A DNA stretch of 64,000 bases, from positions 3,834 to 67,833 of the forward strand of contig JABDGZ010000005.1 in assembly GCA_013285735.1 (NCBI GenBank), read 5' to 3'. Every line of letters begins with the position of its first letter. Within the stretch, counting starts at the first letter, position 1. Positions 10,439 to 20,605 of this stretch are shown piece by piece. The position numbers and the translations under genes were made by a program. The notes under the pieces were generated by a model. It saw nothing but the letters and a program-made list of their open reading frames with translations, had not been told where the DNA came from and ran no database searches. Origin of the DNA: Candidatus Omnitrophota bacterium. GTDB lineage: Bacteria > Omnitrophota > Gorgyraeia > Zapsychrales > Fredricksoniimonadaceae.

Positions 10439-11413
10439 ATGGGATATGCCGTTAGAATATTCTTGATTTTTTTGTTGGTTTTTTGTGACCCCTTTTTTTT
10501 ATTTGCAAGTGACCATTCTTTCATTCCTGCTGACGGATCAACCCTTTTGCTCATTGGCCAAGACAATAATACAATCGATAAATATATAGAAGCGACCAAG
10601 GTGGTCCCTGCGGGTTTTATGGCGTATACCTCCATACGGTATGGCGAAGGTATTATCAGCGATCCGATTGACTGGGGGGCAGGCATAAATCATCCGGATT
10701 ATCTTTTACAAAAATACCCGCATACGGTATTGCAAATTGGTTTATACATGGTGGGGTCCTTGGATGAAACCTTGCATGGGGATTTTGATGATAATCTTAA
10801 GAAATTAAGCCTTTGGTTTAAGAAGATCAAAAGTCCAGTCTATCTTCGTATTGGCTACGAATTTGATTTTCCCGATAATCAATATGACCCGCAAAAGTAC
10901 ATAGCTGCATTTAGATATGTCGTTGATTTTTTAAGAAAAGAAAGTGTTACTAATGTTGCTTTTGTTTGGCATTCTTATGGCGTGATAAATCCGGATAAAC
11001 CTATTTCCGACTGGTATCCGGGTGATGATTATGTGGATTGGGTTGGGGTTTCATTTTTTGAACCGAAAATAGATGACCTGAAAACGATAGCTCAATACGC
11101 CCATGAAAAAGGTAAGCCCCTGATGATTGCTGAGGCAACACCTTTTCGGGTAGGTACATTACAGGGAGAAAAATCCTGGGAATCCTGGTTCCCAAAGTTG
11201 TTTACTTTTATTGAAGAAGAGCATGTCAGGGTGCTTTGCTATATTAACTGTAACTGGGAAAAAACATTAATGTTTCAAGGAAAAGGATGGGGAGATGCGC
11301 GCATCGAGGCCAATGATGATGTGAAAGAACATTGGCTTAAAGAAACAGGTAGCGCCCGCTACCTGCATGCATCAGACGATTTATTTAATAAAATTAGTTA
11401 TAATAGTAATTAA
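10439..11413 (+). CDS. GH26-like glycoside hydrolase (mannanase-type fold)
   Basis: N-terminal signal-like segment. 'WYPGDDYVDWVGVSFF' resembles the GH26 'YPGDxYVDxxG' motif. 'PLMIAEATP' is a candidate nucleophile Glu. Confidence 0.5.
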   Translation: MGYAVRIFLIFLLVFCDPFFLFASDHSFIPADGSTLLLIGQDNNTIDKYIEATKVVPAGFMAYTSIRYGEGIISDPIDWGAGINHPDYLLQKYPHTVLQIGLYMVGSLDETLHGDFDDNLKKLSLWFKKIKSPVYLRIGYEFDFPDNQYDPQKYIAAFRYVVDFLRKESVTNVAFVWHSYGVINPDKPISDWYPGDDYVDWVGVSFFEPKIDDLKTIAQYAHEKGKPLMIAEATPFRVGTLQGEKSWESWFPKLFTFIEEEHVRVLCYINCNWEKTLMFQGKGWGDARIEANDDVKEHWLKETGSARYLHASDDLFNKISYNSN

Positions 11414-11495
11414 TTCTTCTTTTATCCACTCGGCATTTCTGTATAATACTTCAATCTAAATAAAAATCTCCAGCCAAAGAAAGGTACGGGGAATC

Positions 11496-13148
11496 TTGCG
11501 TCTATTTTACCTTAAACGAATTTCTATTCTTTTTTTAATCTGTGGCACCTTATTTTTATTTGGCAATAATATTTTTAGCCTCTCTGATCCGGATGAAGTG
11601 TTTTATTCCCTGACGGCTAAAGAAATGGCTGCCAAAAATGAATGGATGACACCCTTAATTTTTGGCCAGCCCCAATTCGAAAAACCACCTTTAACCTATT
11701 GGCTCATAGAAAAGGCTTTTAAAACCTGGGGAGAATCTCCGTTTACGGCACGGCTTTTTCCAGCTGTATTCGCATGCCTTGGTGTTATGGCAGTTTATTG
11801 TTTAGGTTTAATGGGTTTTAAAGATGAGCGGAAGGCTTTTCTTTCTGCGGTAGTGCTGGCGACCTCTGCTTTTTTTGCAGGTATGGGGAAAACTGTTTTT
11901 ACGGACATGATATTTTCGGTTTTTATTTTATGCGCTTTTACCATGTTTGTGTTGGCGTATACCGATCGCAAACGGCGGATGATTGGCTTCATCGGATTTT
12001 ATATTTTTTGCGCCTTGGCCACGCTGACTAAAACTCCTTTGGGGTTTGTGATTCCCCAAATAGCAGTTATCCTTTTTCTTCTCTACCAGCGTCAAATTAA
12101 TTTTTTAAGAAATGGATGGGTGCCGACGGGTATTTTGTTATATTTTATCATCGCCTTACCGTGGTATGTTTATATGTATGATCTGTATGGCCAAACCTTT
12201 ATTCATGAGTTTTTTTATAACGACCACTGGCGGCGATTCTTGGAGGCAGAACACCATGGCAATGATCATTGGTTTTTCTATCCGATGACCATGATTGCCG
12301 GACTTTTCCCCTGGAGTTTATTTTTACTGGCTGCCTGGGTAGATTTATTTAAGCGGCTTAAATCTTCGGTCACTGTTATAGATTATTTGAGCCTCAGCTG
12401 GATTGTGGCGGTTTTGCTGGTATTTCAAATGGCCCATTCCAAATTAGCCAGTTATATCTTACCTCTATTTCCAGCCTTGGCTTTGATGACGGGTAATTTT
12501 CTGGGTAATAGTTTATCACAAATCCAGCAGCGTAAGAAAATACAAAATTTATTGATTGCCAGCTTCAGCATACTGGCTGTGTTTGGTATTGTAGTGATGG
12601 CAGGGCATAAAGCGTACCATCATTATATTTCTTCCCAATTGCCGATGTATTTTCTTTCAGGTTCTTTGATTGCCTTGGCAGGAGTGGGTATTACTTTGGC
12701 GTTTAAAGAGCGTTTCCAGGTAGCTTTATACGTATTAGCGCTGAGCTTGTGCCCAATATTTTTAACGGCATTTATGATCCGTACCGATGTAGAAGGGTAT
12801 GTGTCTTCTTATGAAGCCTCTGCCTATATACCCCCGCGTTCATTGGGCGTTATGACGGTATTGACGTCTAAAGCCAATGCCCGTGGCATTCGTTATTATA
12901 CTGGGCAGGAGGTGGCTGTTGTTGATTATTCAGGCAAGCCATTTTTTAGCCCGCATCCAGTCCCTATTTTAGATACTACCAACAAGATATTGAGTATTCT
13001 AGAAAGTCAGCGTTTGACTTTCGGTGTGATCCGTAAAATAGCTTATCAGGATATCCTTAAAAATTGTTCCAATCATTATCGTGTGGCATTATTAGGCATT
13101 GTCGGTTATGACTATATCGTCAGGATTGAAGCATTAAAACATCCGTAG
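11496..13148 (+). CDS. ArnT/PMT-type GT-C glycosyltransferase
   Basis: TTG start. 'DPDEVFYSLTAKEMAAKNEWMTPLIFGQPQFEKPPLTYWL' is the first-loop motif of the ArnT/PMT_2 family. About 13 TM segments plus a soluble C-terminus. Confidence 0.7.
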   Translation: MRLFYLKRISILFLICGTLFLFGNNIFSLSDPDEVFYSLTAKEMAAKNEWMTPLIFGQPQFEKPPLTYWLIEKAFKTWGESPFTARLFPAVFACLGVMAVYCLGLMGFKDERKAFLSAVVLATSAFFAGMGKTVFTDMIFSVFILCAFTMFVLAYTDRKRRMIGFIGFYIFCALATLTKTPLGFVIPQIAVILFLLYQRQINFLRNGWVPTGILLYFIIALPWYVYMYDLYGQTFIHEFFYNDHWRRFLEAEHHGNDHWFFYPMTMIAGLFPWSLFLLAAWVDLFKRLKSSVTVIDYLSLSWIVAVLLVFQMAHSKLASYILPLFPALALMTGNFLGNSLSQIQQRKKIQNLLIASFSILAVFGIVVMAGHKAYHHYISSQLPMYFLSGSLIALAGVGITLAFKERFQVALYVLALSLCPIFLTAFMIRTDVEGYVSSYEASAYIPPRSLGVMTVLTSKANARGIRYYTGQEVAVVDYSGKPFFSPHPVPILDTTNKILSILESQRLTFGVIRKIAYQDILKNCSNHYRVALLGIVGYDYIVRIEALKHP

Positions 13149-13159
13149 GAAAATAAAAT

Positions 13160-13687
13160 ATGATATTACGTTTATTGCTAATCAGTTTTTTATTAAGTGT
13201 TTCTTGTTGGGCGGCTGACAACAGCGATGACCTGTTTAACTATTCCAAACATCAGGATGAAGCCTTGGTCGTCAAGGTGGTCGCGTCTGATTTGATTGTC
13301 TTGGAGGATGGGCGTCGGGTTAGATTGATCGGCGTTGAGTCTGCTGGGCCGCCGCCACCTAGAATTGTCAAATATGATGAGAAGGGTCATGTGATTGACG
13401 AGCCGGAAGAGCCTACGATCCCTTTAGAGGAACAGGCATTGACCTATGCCCAGGAATTGTTGGAAAATAAGAAAGTAAAATTAGAATATGACGTTGATGC
13501 GACGGACGCCAGCGGTTATCTTTACGCGTACGTTTATTTGCCTGATGGCCGAATGGCGAATGTAGAATTGTTACGTATGGGTTTTGTGAAATTACGGATC
13601 ATTCCGCCTAATGTTAAATATGAAGATAAATTTGATCTAGCCTACAAGCAAGCTAAAAAAGAAAAACGTGGTTTAGAAGGCGAATAA
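13160..13687 (+). CDS. secreted thermonuclease (SNase-like)
   Basis: Signal peptide. 'VRLIGVESAG', 'KVKLEYD...DASGYLYAYVYLPDGRMANVELLRMGF' follows the staphylococcal nuclease domain pattern. Confidence 0.65.
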   Translation: MILRLLLISFLLSVSCWAADNSDDLFNYSKHQDEALVVKVVASDLIVLEDGRRVRLIGVESAGPPPPRIVKYDEKGHVIDEPEEPTIPLEEQALTYAQELLENKKVKLEYDVDATDASGYLYAYVYLPDGRMANVELLRMGFVKLRIIPPNVKYEDKFDLAYKQAKKEKRGLEGE

Positions 13688-13695
13688 GCTACCCC

Positions 13696-14673
13696 ATGAA
13701 TTTCGAACAACGGATTTCTCAGTTTATAGGAAAGCATCAATTGATAGCCCCCAGAGGACGGGTTCTCGTGGGGGTGTCAGGTGGTGCTGATTCGATGGCG
13801 CTTTTGCTCGGCCTTAATAGCTTACGGCATGATTTAGGTATACAGTTGCATGCGGTGCACTTTAATCATCAATTTCGCCGTGAAGCTTTGCGCGATGAGC
13901 GTTTTGTCGCTCACTGGTGCAAACAGTTAAATATTTCTTTGACGGTGGGGCGTCGGGAAGGCGAAAAGATTAAGTCTCTTTCCGAGGATGATGCCCGGGA
14001 GATGAGATTTGAATTTTTTGTCAAGGTAGCTCATCGCCTTAATGCCCAGTCAGTGGCCCTGGCGCATACCCGTAATGATTTGGCTGAAACTGTTTTGATG
14101 CGCGTGATGCGCGGTAGTGGTTTATATGGCTTAAGGGCGATTTTACCGCGGCGTATTATTGATGGCATTACCTTTGTGCGGCCTCTGTTAGATGTTGATC
14201 GTCTAGATGTCGAGAATTATCTAAAAACTAAAAAAGTGCCTTTTTGTACGGATGAGACTAATCACCAAACAGTGTACGAGCGTAATCGGGTACGGCTTGA
14301 ACTTTTACCTTTATTGGCCAAGAAATATAATCCGCAAATCGTCAATGCCTTATCAGATTTAGCCGTGACAGCAGGGGAAGACTATGAGTTTATTGCCTCG
14401 CATGCGCGCAAGCAATTTGAAAAAATAGGCATTATTTCTAATAAAAGAATCAAAATGGATTTAAATGGTCTTAAGCGTCAGCATCCGGCAATACTGCGTT
14501 TGCTGTTTCGACTGATGGTGGAAAGTTTAACCAAGGATACAGCAACGCTTAGTTTCGAGCATGTGTATGTGTTGGAGAATTTAGTAATCCACGGTGGACA
14601 TGGGAGCGTTGATTTGCCGCATCATTTAAAGGCTAAAAAGACCCTAAAATTTTTAGAATTATATTATGCGTAA
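13696..14673 (+). CDS. tilS: tRNA(Ile)-lysidine synthetase
   Basis: PP-loop 'VGVSGGADSMALL'. Length and position upstream of ftsH are typical. Confidence 0.85.
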   Translation: MNFEQRISQFIGKHQLIAPRGRVLVGVSGGADSMALLLGLNSLRHDLGIQLHAVHFNHQFRREALRDERFVAHWCKQLNISLTVGRREGEKIKSLSEDDAREMRFEFFVKVAHRLNAQSVALAHTRNDLAETVLMRVMRGSGLYGLRAILPRRIIDGITFVRPLLDVDRLDVENYLKTKKVPFCTDETNHQTVYERNRVRLELLPLLAKKYNPQIVNALSDLAVTAGEDYEFIASHARKQFEKIGIISNKRIKMDLNGLKRQHPAILRLLFRLMVESLTKDTATLSFEHVYVLENLVIHGGHGSVDLPHHLKAKKTLKFLELYYA

Positions 14674-15844
14674 ATATTTTATTTTCATATTTTTATTTTT
14701 ATCTTTGACCCGGGTGGTATTAGCGCAGGATGCTAATTTAAACGGTGATATCAAAGAATACGATGAAAACAACAAGATTAAGTCTGAAAAGAATTATCGT
14801 GACGGGGTGCTTAGCGGACCTTTCCGTGAATATTATCCCAATGGCAATTTGATGAGTGTGGGTTCATATAAGAATGGGCAGTTACAAGGGGCGTACAAAT
14901 CTTATTACGAAGACGGTTCTGAGTATTATGAAAAGAATTATATCAACGGCCAACTCTATGGCACTTCCCGTGAATTTTATGAAAATGAGGTCCCCAAAAG
15001 TGTGGAGAATTATTACTACGATACGCTCAATGGATTTAATCAATATTTTTTTCCTAATGGAAATTTAAAAATGGCCATGAATTTTAAAAAAGGAAAATTA
15101 AACGGGATCAGCCGTGAATATAATGAAGACGGTTCTTTAAAAAATGAGATCAACTACGATGATGATCATGTGGACGGTGTATCTAAAGAGTATGCCCCGG
15201 ACGGCAGCCTTTACGCGATTTGGAATTATAAAATAGACCTGAAAGACGGGCCTTCAAAAACTTTTTATAATAACGGACAGGTCCAGTGGGAGATGTTTTT
15301 TAAGGATGGTAACTTAGAGGGCTTAAGTAAGAAATATGGCCCTGAAGGAAGGCTTTCGATTGAGGCCAATTATAAAAACAATCAATTTAATGGTCTGGTG
15401 CGGGAGTTTCAGTCTGATGGTAATTTAAAAAGTGAGTGTAACTATGCTGCTGGAAAGAAAGAAGGGTTATGCCGTCAGTACCGTGATAATGGCAGGTTGT
15501 GGCTGGAGTGGAATTATAAAAATGATTTAAAGGATGGCCTGGCCCGTGAATACGCGCCTCAGGGGTATCTTTGGATGGAAGTCAATTTTAAAGATAATAT
15601 CAAAAATGGTGATATGAAAGAACTTTATGATAATGGGGCGCTTAAGCAGCAATGGTCTATTGAAGAGGGGCAAGAAAACGGCCTTAGCAAATCGTATTAT
15701 AGATCTGGAGAACTCATGACCGAGGAGGTTTATCATAACGGTCAGCTTAACGGGGTGGTTCATTTGTATAACAAAAATGGTAATCTCGCCTATATTGATA
15801 CCTACCAACATGGTGTAAGGCTTTCCCGTCAGACAAAACCTTGA
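14666..15844 (+). CDS. secreted MORN-variant repeat protein
   Basis: Signal peptide, followed by ~14 repeats of 'Y.NG.L...G.YKNG...G..KEYY.DG'. Confidence 0.7.
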   Translation: MRKYFIFIFLFLSLTRVVLAQDANLNGDIKEYDENNKIKSEKNYRDGVLSGPFREYYPNGNLMSVGSYKNGQLQGAYKSYYEDGSEYYEKNYINGQLYGTSREFYENEVPKSVENYYYDTLNGFNQYFFPNGNLKMAMNFKKGKLNGISREYNEDGSLKNEINYDDDHVDGVSKEYAPDGSLYAIWNYKIDLKDGPSKTFYNNGQVQWEMFFKDGNLEGLSKKYGPEGRLSIEANYKNNQFNGLVREFQSDGNLKSECNYAAGKKEGLCRQYRDNGRLWLEWNYKNDLKDGLAREYAPQGYLWMEVNFKDNIKNGDMKELYDNGALKQQWSIEEGQENGLSKSYYRSGELMTEEVYHNGQLNGVVHLYNKNGNLAYIDTYQHGVRLSRQTKP

Positions 15845-15869
15845 TAAGGTCAGGGCTGGGCGTATTCAC

Positions 15870-15897
15870 TTGATTTAATTTTTTCCTATTATATAAT
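15870..15897 (+). promoter_or_regulatory. sigma70-like promoter upstream of ftsH
   Basis: TTGATT (15870-15875), 16-nt spacer, TATAAT (15892-15897). GGAGG RBS before ATG 15934. Confidence 0.4.
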
Positions 15898-15933
15898 AAC
15901 TTTTCACTTAAATTATTCTCCTGGAGGCATTTA

Positions 15934-17841
15934 ATGGCACAACCTAATACAAATATACCAACTAAAAAAGCGCCTCGACCTGCGCGTAACCCTAATGGCA
16001 ATGTTTGGTTTTGGGTAATCATGGGGCTTGTTTTTCTTTTGCTCATGGCGGTTCAAGACAAGTCAAGCGTAAAAACAGAGAAAGAATTGACCTACTCTGA
16101 TTTTTATAAAATTTTAAAAGATAATCCTCAAACACATCAGATCAAGCATCTCGAATTGACCGAAGGGCCGGACACTACTTTAAAAGGTACGTATTCCGAT
16201 GGTTTGGAGTTTAAGCTTGATATTCCATCCCACGATGATGATTTACTTAAAATGATCAAGGAGAATGTCAGCGACTTTAGCGTCGTTCCCCCCGAATTAT
16301 TTTGGAGCCAGTTATTTTTTCAATTGATACCATTCTTAGGAATTTTTGCATTAATCTGGTTTGTGTCTTACCGCGGCTCACAAATGGGCAATAAGATTTT
16401 TGCTTTTGGTAAGTCACGCGCCCAGGTTGCAGGTGTTGGTAAGGTGACATTTGCAGATGTGGCTGGTGTCGATGAAGCTAAGGAAGAATTACAGGAAGTC
16501 ATTGAATTTTTGAAAGACCCCAAGAAGTTTGAGCGCCTTGGCGGGAAAATTCCTAAAGGCGTTTTGCTGGTAGGACCTCCGGGAACTGGTAAAACATTAT
16601 TGGCCAAGGCCGTCGCTGGTGAGGCAGGGGTGCCGTTCTTTTCTTTAAGCGGATCAGATTTCGTTGAGATGTTTGTGGGGGTGGGAGCTTCCCGCGTACG
16701 TGATTTGTTTGAGCAAGGCCGTAAAGCTGCTAAAGCTTCGGGTAAGGGCGGTATTATTTTTATTGATGAAATTGACGCGGTGGGCCGCCAGCGTTTTGCC
16801 GGTATCGGCGGCGGTAATGATGAGCGTGAACAGACCCTTAATGCCCTGCTTGTTGAGATGGATGGTTTTAATACGGTCAGTGGTTTGATTTTGATCGCTG
16901 CTACCAATCGTCCAGATACCCTGGACCCGGCACTTTTGCGTCCTGGTCGTTTTGACCGTCAGATCGTGGTAGGTCTTCCCGATATTAACGGCCGTGAAGG
17001 TATTTTGAAAGTACACGTCAAGAATATTAAATTAGGTACGGAAGTCAATTTAAGGCGTATTGCCCAGATGACCGTGTATTTTTCCGGAGCAGACCTGGCT
17101 AATGTTTGTAATGAAGCAGCCTTGCTTGCAGCCCGGCGTAATAAGGAAACAGTTGGGATGGAAGAAATGCTCGCCGCCGTTGAACGTGTGACCATGGGAC
17201 CGGAAAAGAAAAGTCATGTGACTTCTAAAAAAGAAAAAGAAATGACAGCCTATCACGAGGCAGGGCATGCGATGCTGTCCTTGCTTATCGATGAGGTTGA
17301 TACCTTTACAAAGGTTTCTATTATTCCCCGTGGTATGGCAGGCGGTTATACTTTAACGCCCCCTAAGGAAGACAAGCACTATATGTCTAAGAAAGAATTA
17401 AAAGGCATGATGGTGGTTCTTCTTGGCGGCATGGTGGGTGAAGAAATTTATATGGATGATACCACCACCGGCGTATCCAATGATTTGCAGCGTGTCACCC
17501 AGATTGCCCGCAGCATGGTTTGCCAATACGGTATGAGTGATAAGCTTGATAAATTGGCATTTGGTAAGCAAGGCCAGCAAATGTTTTTAGGCCGTGATTT
17601 ATTTGATGAAAAAGATTACAGTGAAGAAACAGCCCGTCGGATTGATGAAGAAATACACAGCCTTGTTCATGATTCTTATGAGAAAGCCAAAAAGCTCTTG
17701 CTTGATCATCGTGAGAAAATGGATATCTTGGCCCGGCGCCTGATCGAAAAAGAGACTATAGACATTGAAGAAGCCAGACTATTGCTTATGATCCCGGAAC
17801 ATAAGCTTAATCTTCATTCTGACACGCCTCAAAATCCATGA
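15934..17841 (+). CDS. ftsH: ATP-dependent zinc metalloprotease FtsH
   Basis: Walker A 'GPPGTGKT', SRH region, zinc site 'HEAGHA', N-terminal TM pair. Confidence 0.95.
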   Translation: MAQPNTNIPTKKAPRPARNPNGNVWFWVIMGLVFLLLMAVQDKSSVKTEKELTYSDFYKILKDNPQTHQIKHLELTEGPDTTLKGTYSDGLEFKLDIPSHDDDLLKMIKENVSDFSVVPPELFWSQLFFQLIPFLGIFALIWFVSYRGSQMGNKIFAFGKSRAQVAGVGKVTFADVAGVDEAKEELQEVIEFLKDPKKFERLGGKIPKGVLLVGPPGTGKTLLAKAVAGEAGVPFFSLSGSDFVEMFVGVGASRVRDLFEQGRKAAKASGKGGIIFIDEIDAVGRQRFAGIGGGNDEREQTLNALLVEMDGFNTVSGLILIAATNRPDTLDPALLRPGRFDRQIVVGLPDINGREGILKVHVKNIKLGTEVNLRRIAQMTVYFSGADLANVCNEAALLAARRNKETVGMEEMLAAVERVTMGPEKKSHVTSKKEKEMTAYHEAGHAMLSLLIDEVDTFTKVSIIPRGMAGGYTLTPPKEDKHYMSKKELKGMMVVLLGGMVGEEIYMDDTTTGVSNDLQRVTQIARSMVCQYGMSDKLDKLAFGKQGQQMFLGRDLFDEKDYSEETARRIDEEIHSLVHDSYEKAKKLLLDHREKMDILARRLIEKETIDIEEARLLLMIPEHKLNLHSDTPQNP

Positions 17842-18689
17842 GCAGAATTTACTATGATCTCTATGCCCGTGATGTTGTTTTAACCCTGGGGCATAGGACA
17901 CAGATCATGGGTATAATCAATGGCAGCCCTGATTCTTTTAGCAGCGATGGTAAAATAAATACTTCCGCCAGCCTTAAAGTCGCCCGCCGGTTTATCCGTG
18001 AAGGCGCAGACATCCTTGATATCGGCGGCGAATCCACTCGTCCTGGGGCTTCGCGCGTGACTCTTCAAGAAGAAATTAGGCGTGTCATACCTGTTATTGA
18101 AGTATTAGCCCGAACAATCAAAATACCTATTTCAGTAGATACCTCTAAATTAGAAGTGGCCCGCCGTGCTTTGGACGCGGGCGCTTCTATTGTTAATAAT
18201 GTCAGAGGGACTCAAGCGAGTACAAGTTTTCTTAAAATGGTGCGTGATTATAGGGCTTCTATTGTTATGATGCATATGCGGGGGACACCAGCAACAATGC
18301 AGTCAAAAGCGCATTATAAAAATGTGGTTAATGAAGTGATTGAGGAATTACAAATAACAATTGAAAAATGTTTGGCAATTGGTATAAAGAAAGACAGGAT
18401 CATTGTTGATCCTGGCATTGGTTTTGCCAAAACAGTTGATCAAAATTTAATGTTGATCAATCATTTAAACCGGTTTAATATCCTCAAGTGCCCTATTTTG
18501 CTGGGAAGCTCTCGCAAATCATTTATAGGGCAAGTATTGCAGAAAGAGGCGGGTAGCCGCTTGATGGGTACAGCAGCGACGGTGACCGCAGGGGTTATGC
18601 GGGGAGCGCATATTGTCCGTGTCCATGATGTGAAAGCGATCAAAGAAACATTGAAGGTGACCGATGCCATACTTAACGCACAGGCCTGA
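17838..18689 (+). CDS. folP: dihydropteroate synthase
   Basis: 'IMGIINGSPDSFSSDG', 'DIGGESTRPG', 'DPGIGFAKT'. Confidence 0.9.
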   Translation: MSRIYYDLYARDVVLTLGHRTQIMGIINGSPDSFSSDGKINTSASLKVARRFIREGADILDIGGESTRPGASRVTLQEEIRRVIPVIEVLARTIKIPISVDTSKLEVARRALDAGASIVNNVRGTQASTSFLKMVRDYRASIVMMHMRGTPATMQSKAHYKNVVNEVIEELQITIEKCLAIGIKKDRIIVDPGIGFAKTVDQNLMLINHLNRFNILKCPILLGSSRKSFIGQVLQKEAGSRLMGTAATVTAGVMRGAHIVRVHDVKAIKETLKVTDAILNAQA

Positions 18690-19464
18690 GATAGTCATTT
18701 ATATTGCGAGAGCCGTGATTGAAATGGCTATTTTGTGGGTGGCTTTCTATAAAATTTTATTATTCTTTCAGGGTACGCGTGCCTTTCAAGTGTTACGAGG
18801 TATTACGTACTTGATCATAGCGCTTTTATTTTCCCATCTTTTGGGATTTGAAGTTTTAAACTGGCTTTTGCAGAATTTCTTTTCCATATGGATCATTGTT
18901 ATTGTCGTTATCTTTCAGCATGAATTGCGCTCAGGCCTGGCCCGTTTAGGTCAGCAGCATTTATTTACGATTTCATTAGGAGAGCCGGAGATTAAAGCCC
19001 TGGTCGATGAGATTTATGATACCGTCAGCCGTTTGTCATTACGTAAACATGGCTGTTTAATTGCTATTGAACGTGAGATGAAATTAGATCTCTATGTTGA
19101 AAGCGGCATTGTTATTGACGGTAAGGTTTCCTCGGCCCTTTTACAAAGTATTTTTATGCCAGGCACGCCTTTACATGATGGCGGGGTGGTGATCAGGGGC
19201 GAACGCGTGGCAGCAAGTTCATGTTTATTTCCTTTGTCAGATAATCCCAGTGTAGGAAAAACAGTGGGTACTCGCCACCGGGCGGCCTTGGGTTTAAGCG
19301 AGCATACGGATGCCCTGATTGTTTTGGTTTCAGAAGAAACAGGAGAAATCAGCGTTGCCTTTGATGGGCATTTTATATCGGTGCATAATGAAGAGCATTT
19401 TATGAAAATCCTTAACCAGATACTGGTACCTGTAAAAAGAAAAGCTCATGACAAATTGGTTTAA
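18664..19464 (+). CDS. cdaA: diadenylate cyclase CdaA
   Basis: Three N-terminal TM segments. DAC domain 'HDGGVVIRGERVAASSCLFPLS', 'GTRHRAALGLSEHTDALIVLVSEETGEISVA'. Confidence 0.85.
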   Translation: MPYLTHRPEIVIYIARAVIEMAILWVAFYKILLFFQGTRAFQVLRGITYLIIALLFSHLLGFEVLNWLLQNFFSIWIIVIVVIFQHELRSGLARLGQQHLFTISLGEPEIKALVDEIYDTVSRLSLRKHGCLIAIEREMKLDLYVESGIVIDGKVSSALLQSIFMPGTPLHDGGVVIRGERVAASSCLFPLSDNPSVGKTVGTRHRAALGLSEHTDALIVLVSEETGEISVAFDGHFISVHNEEHFMKILNQILVPVKRKAHDKLV

Positions 19465-19543
19465 ATCGAATTTAATATTGAAATTAGGGGCTTTGGCGTT
19501 AGCTGTGGCCACATGGTTTTACGTCAAAGGGATGCATGGTTAA
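19448..19543 (+). pseudogene. 31-codon remnant resembling the N-terminal membrane anchor of CdaR/YbbR
   Basis: ATG 19448 overlaps the cdaA 3' end. It encodes 'MTNWFKSNLILKLGALALAVATWFYVKGMHG*' and stops where pdxJ begins. No YbbR repeats follow. Confidence 0.3.
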
Positions 19544-20261
19544 GCTAGGCGTTAATATTGATCATATAGCCACCCTGCGTCAAGCCCGTGGAGAATTTGA
19601 CCCTGATCCCATCATGGCAGCCCGTTTATGCGAACAGGCCGGCTGTGACAGCATTGTTGCTCATCTGCGCGAAGATCGTCGGCATATCCAGGATCGGGAT
19701 ATTGTGCTTTTACGTAAAACAGTCAAAACCCGTTTTAATTTGGAAATGTCTTTAGAGGCTGGCATCGTAAAAGTAGCGTTGGCTGTTAAGCCAGACCAGG
19801 CAACCCTTGTACCGGAACGCCGTCAGGAACTTACCACTGAAGGTGGATTAGATGTGAAGCGTCATTTAAAAAGAGTTAAGAAGGTAAGCCAGGTGCTGAT
19901 GGATGCGGGGATTGATGTTAGTCTTTTTATTGCCCCGGTTAAAAAGCAAATAGATGCAACAGCGTCCATTGGGGTTAAGGCCATTGAATTGCATACGGGA
20001 TCATATGCCCATGCTTTTGCCGATCGTTTGGCCATTGATGAATTTACCCAGATCAAGGCAATGACCCTTTATGCCCGCAAATTAGGAATCACAGTCAATG
20101 CTGGCCACGGCTTGAATTATGATAATACTTTTGCTATTGCCCGCGTCAAAGGGATGGCAGAGTTAAATATCGGGCACGCCATCATGAGCCGTGCTGTTTT
20201 TGTCGGGCTAAAACAAGCTGTCTGTGAAATGATTGCCATTATTAGACGGGAGAAAGCATGA
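19536..20261 (+). CDS. pdxJ: pyridoxine 5'-phosphate synthase
   Basis: 'LGVNIDHIATLRQARG', 'IVAHLREDRRHI', 'IELHTG'. Confidence 0.9.
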   Translation: MVKLGVNIDHIATLRQARGEFDPDPIMAARLCEQAGCDSIVAHLREDRRHIQDRDIVLLRKTVKTRFNLEMSLEAGIVKVALAVKPDQATLVPERRQELTTEGGLDVKRHLKRVKKVSQVLMDAGIDVSLFIAPVKKQIDATASIGVKAIELHTGSYAHAFADRLAIDEFTQIKAMTLYARKLGITVNAGHGLNYDNTFAIARVKGMAELNIGHAIMSRAVFVGLKQAVCEMIAIIRREKA

Positions 20262-20605
20262 TTCTGGGAACAGGAATAGATATTATCGAAATAGATAGGA
20301 TTCAGAAAGCAGTGGAGCGATGGGGGGATACGTTTTTGAATTATGTGCTTACCCCCGGTGAAATTGAATATGCCAGTAAATATAAATTTCCTTTTCGGCA
20401 TTACGCTGGTCGTTTTGCAGCCAAGGAAGCTATTTTTAAAGCGATGGGCATACCTCATTTATCTTGGCATAACTTGACCATCATCAATGATGCGCACGGT
20501 AAGCCTGTTTGCCATTTCAATAATATAGACTTTAAACATCGTTTGATTATTTCCATCTCTCACAGTCGTGACTATGCCGTTGCCAGCGCCATTGTCGAGG
20601 GCTAA
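20258..20605 (+). CDS. acpS: holo-[acyl-carrier-protein] synthase
   Basis: 'GTGIDIIEIDRI', 'FAAKEAIFKA'; 115 aa. Confidence 0.85.
   Translation: MILGTGIDIIEIDRIQKAVERWGDTFLNYVLTPGEIEYASKYKFPFRHYAGRFAAKEAIFKAMGIPHLSWHNLTIINDAHGKPVCHFNNIDFKHRLIISISHSRDYAVASAIVEG

Noticed and set aside
16368-17580. Several ORFs antisense or out of frame within ftsH (for example 16368..16907 - and 16654..17016 -).
   Set aside because: They are fully embedded in a strongly conserved ftsH reading frame and encode low-complexity peptides, typical of shadow ORFs.
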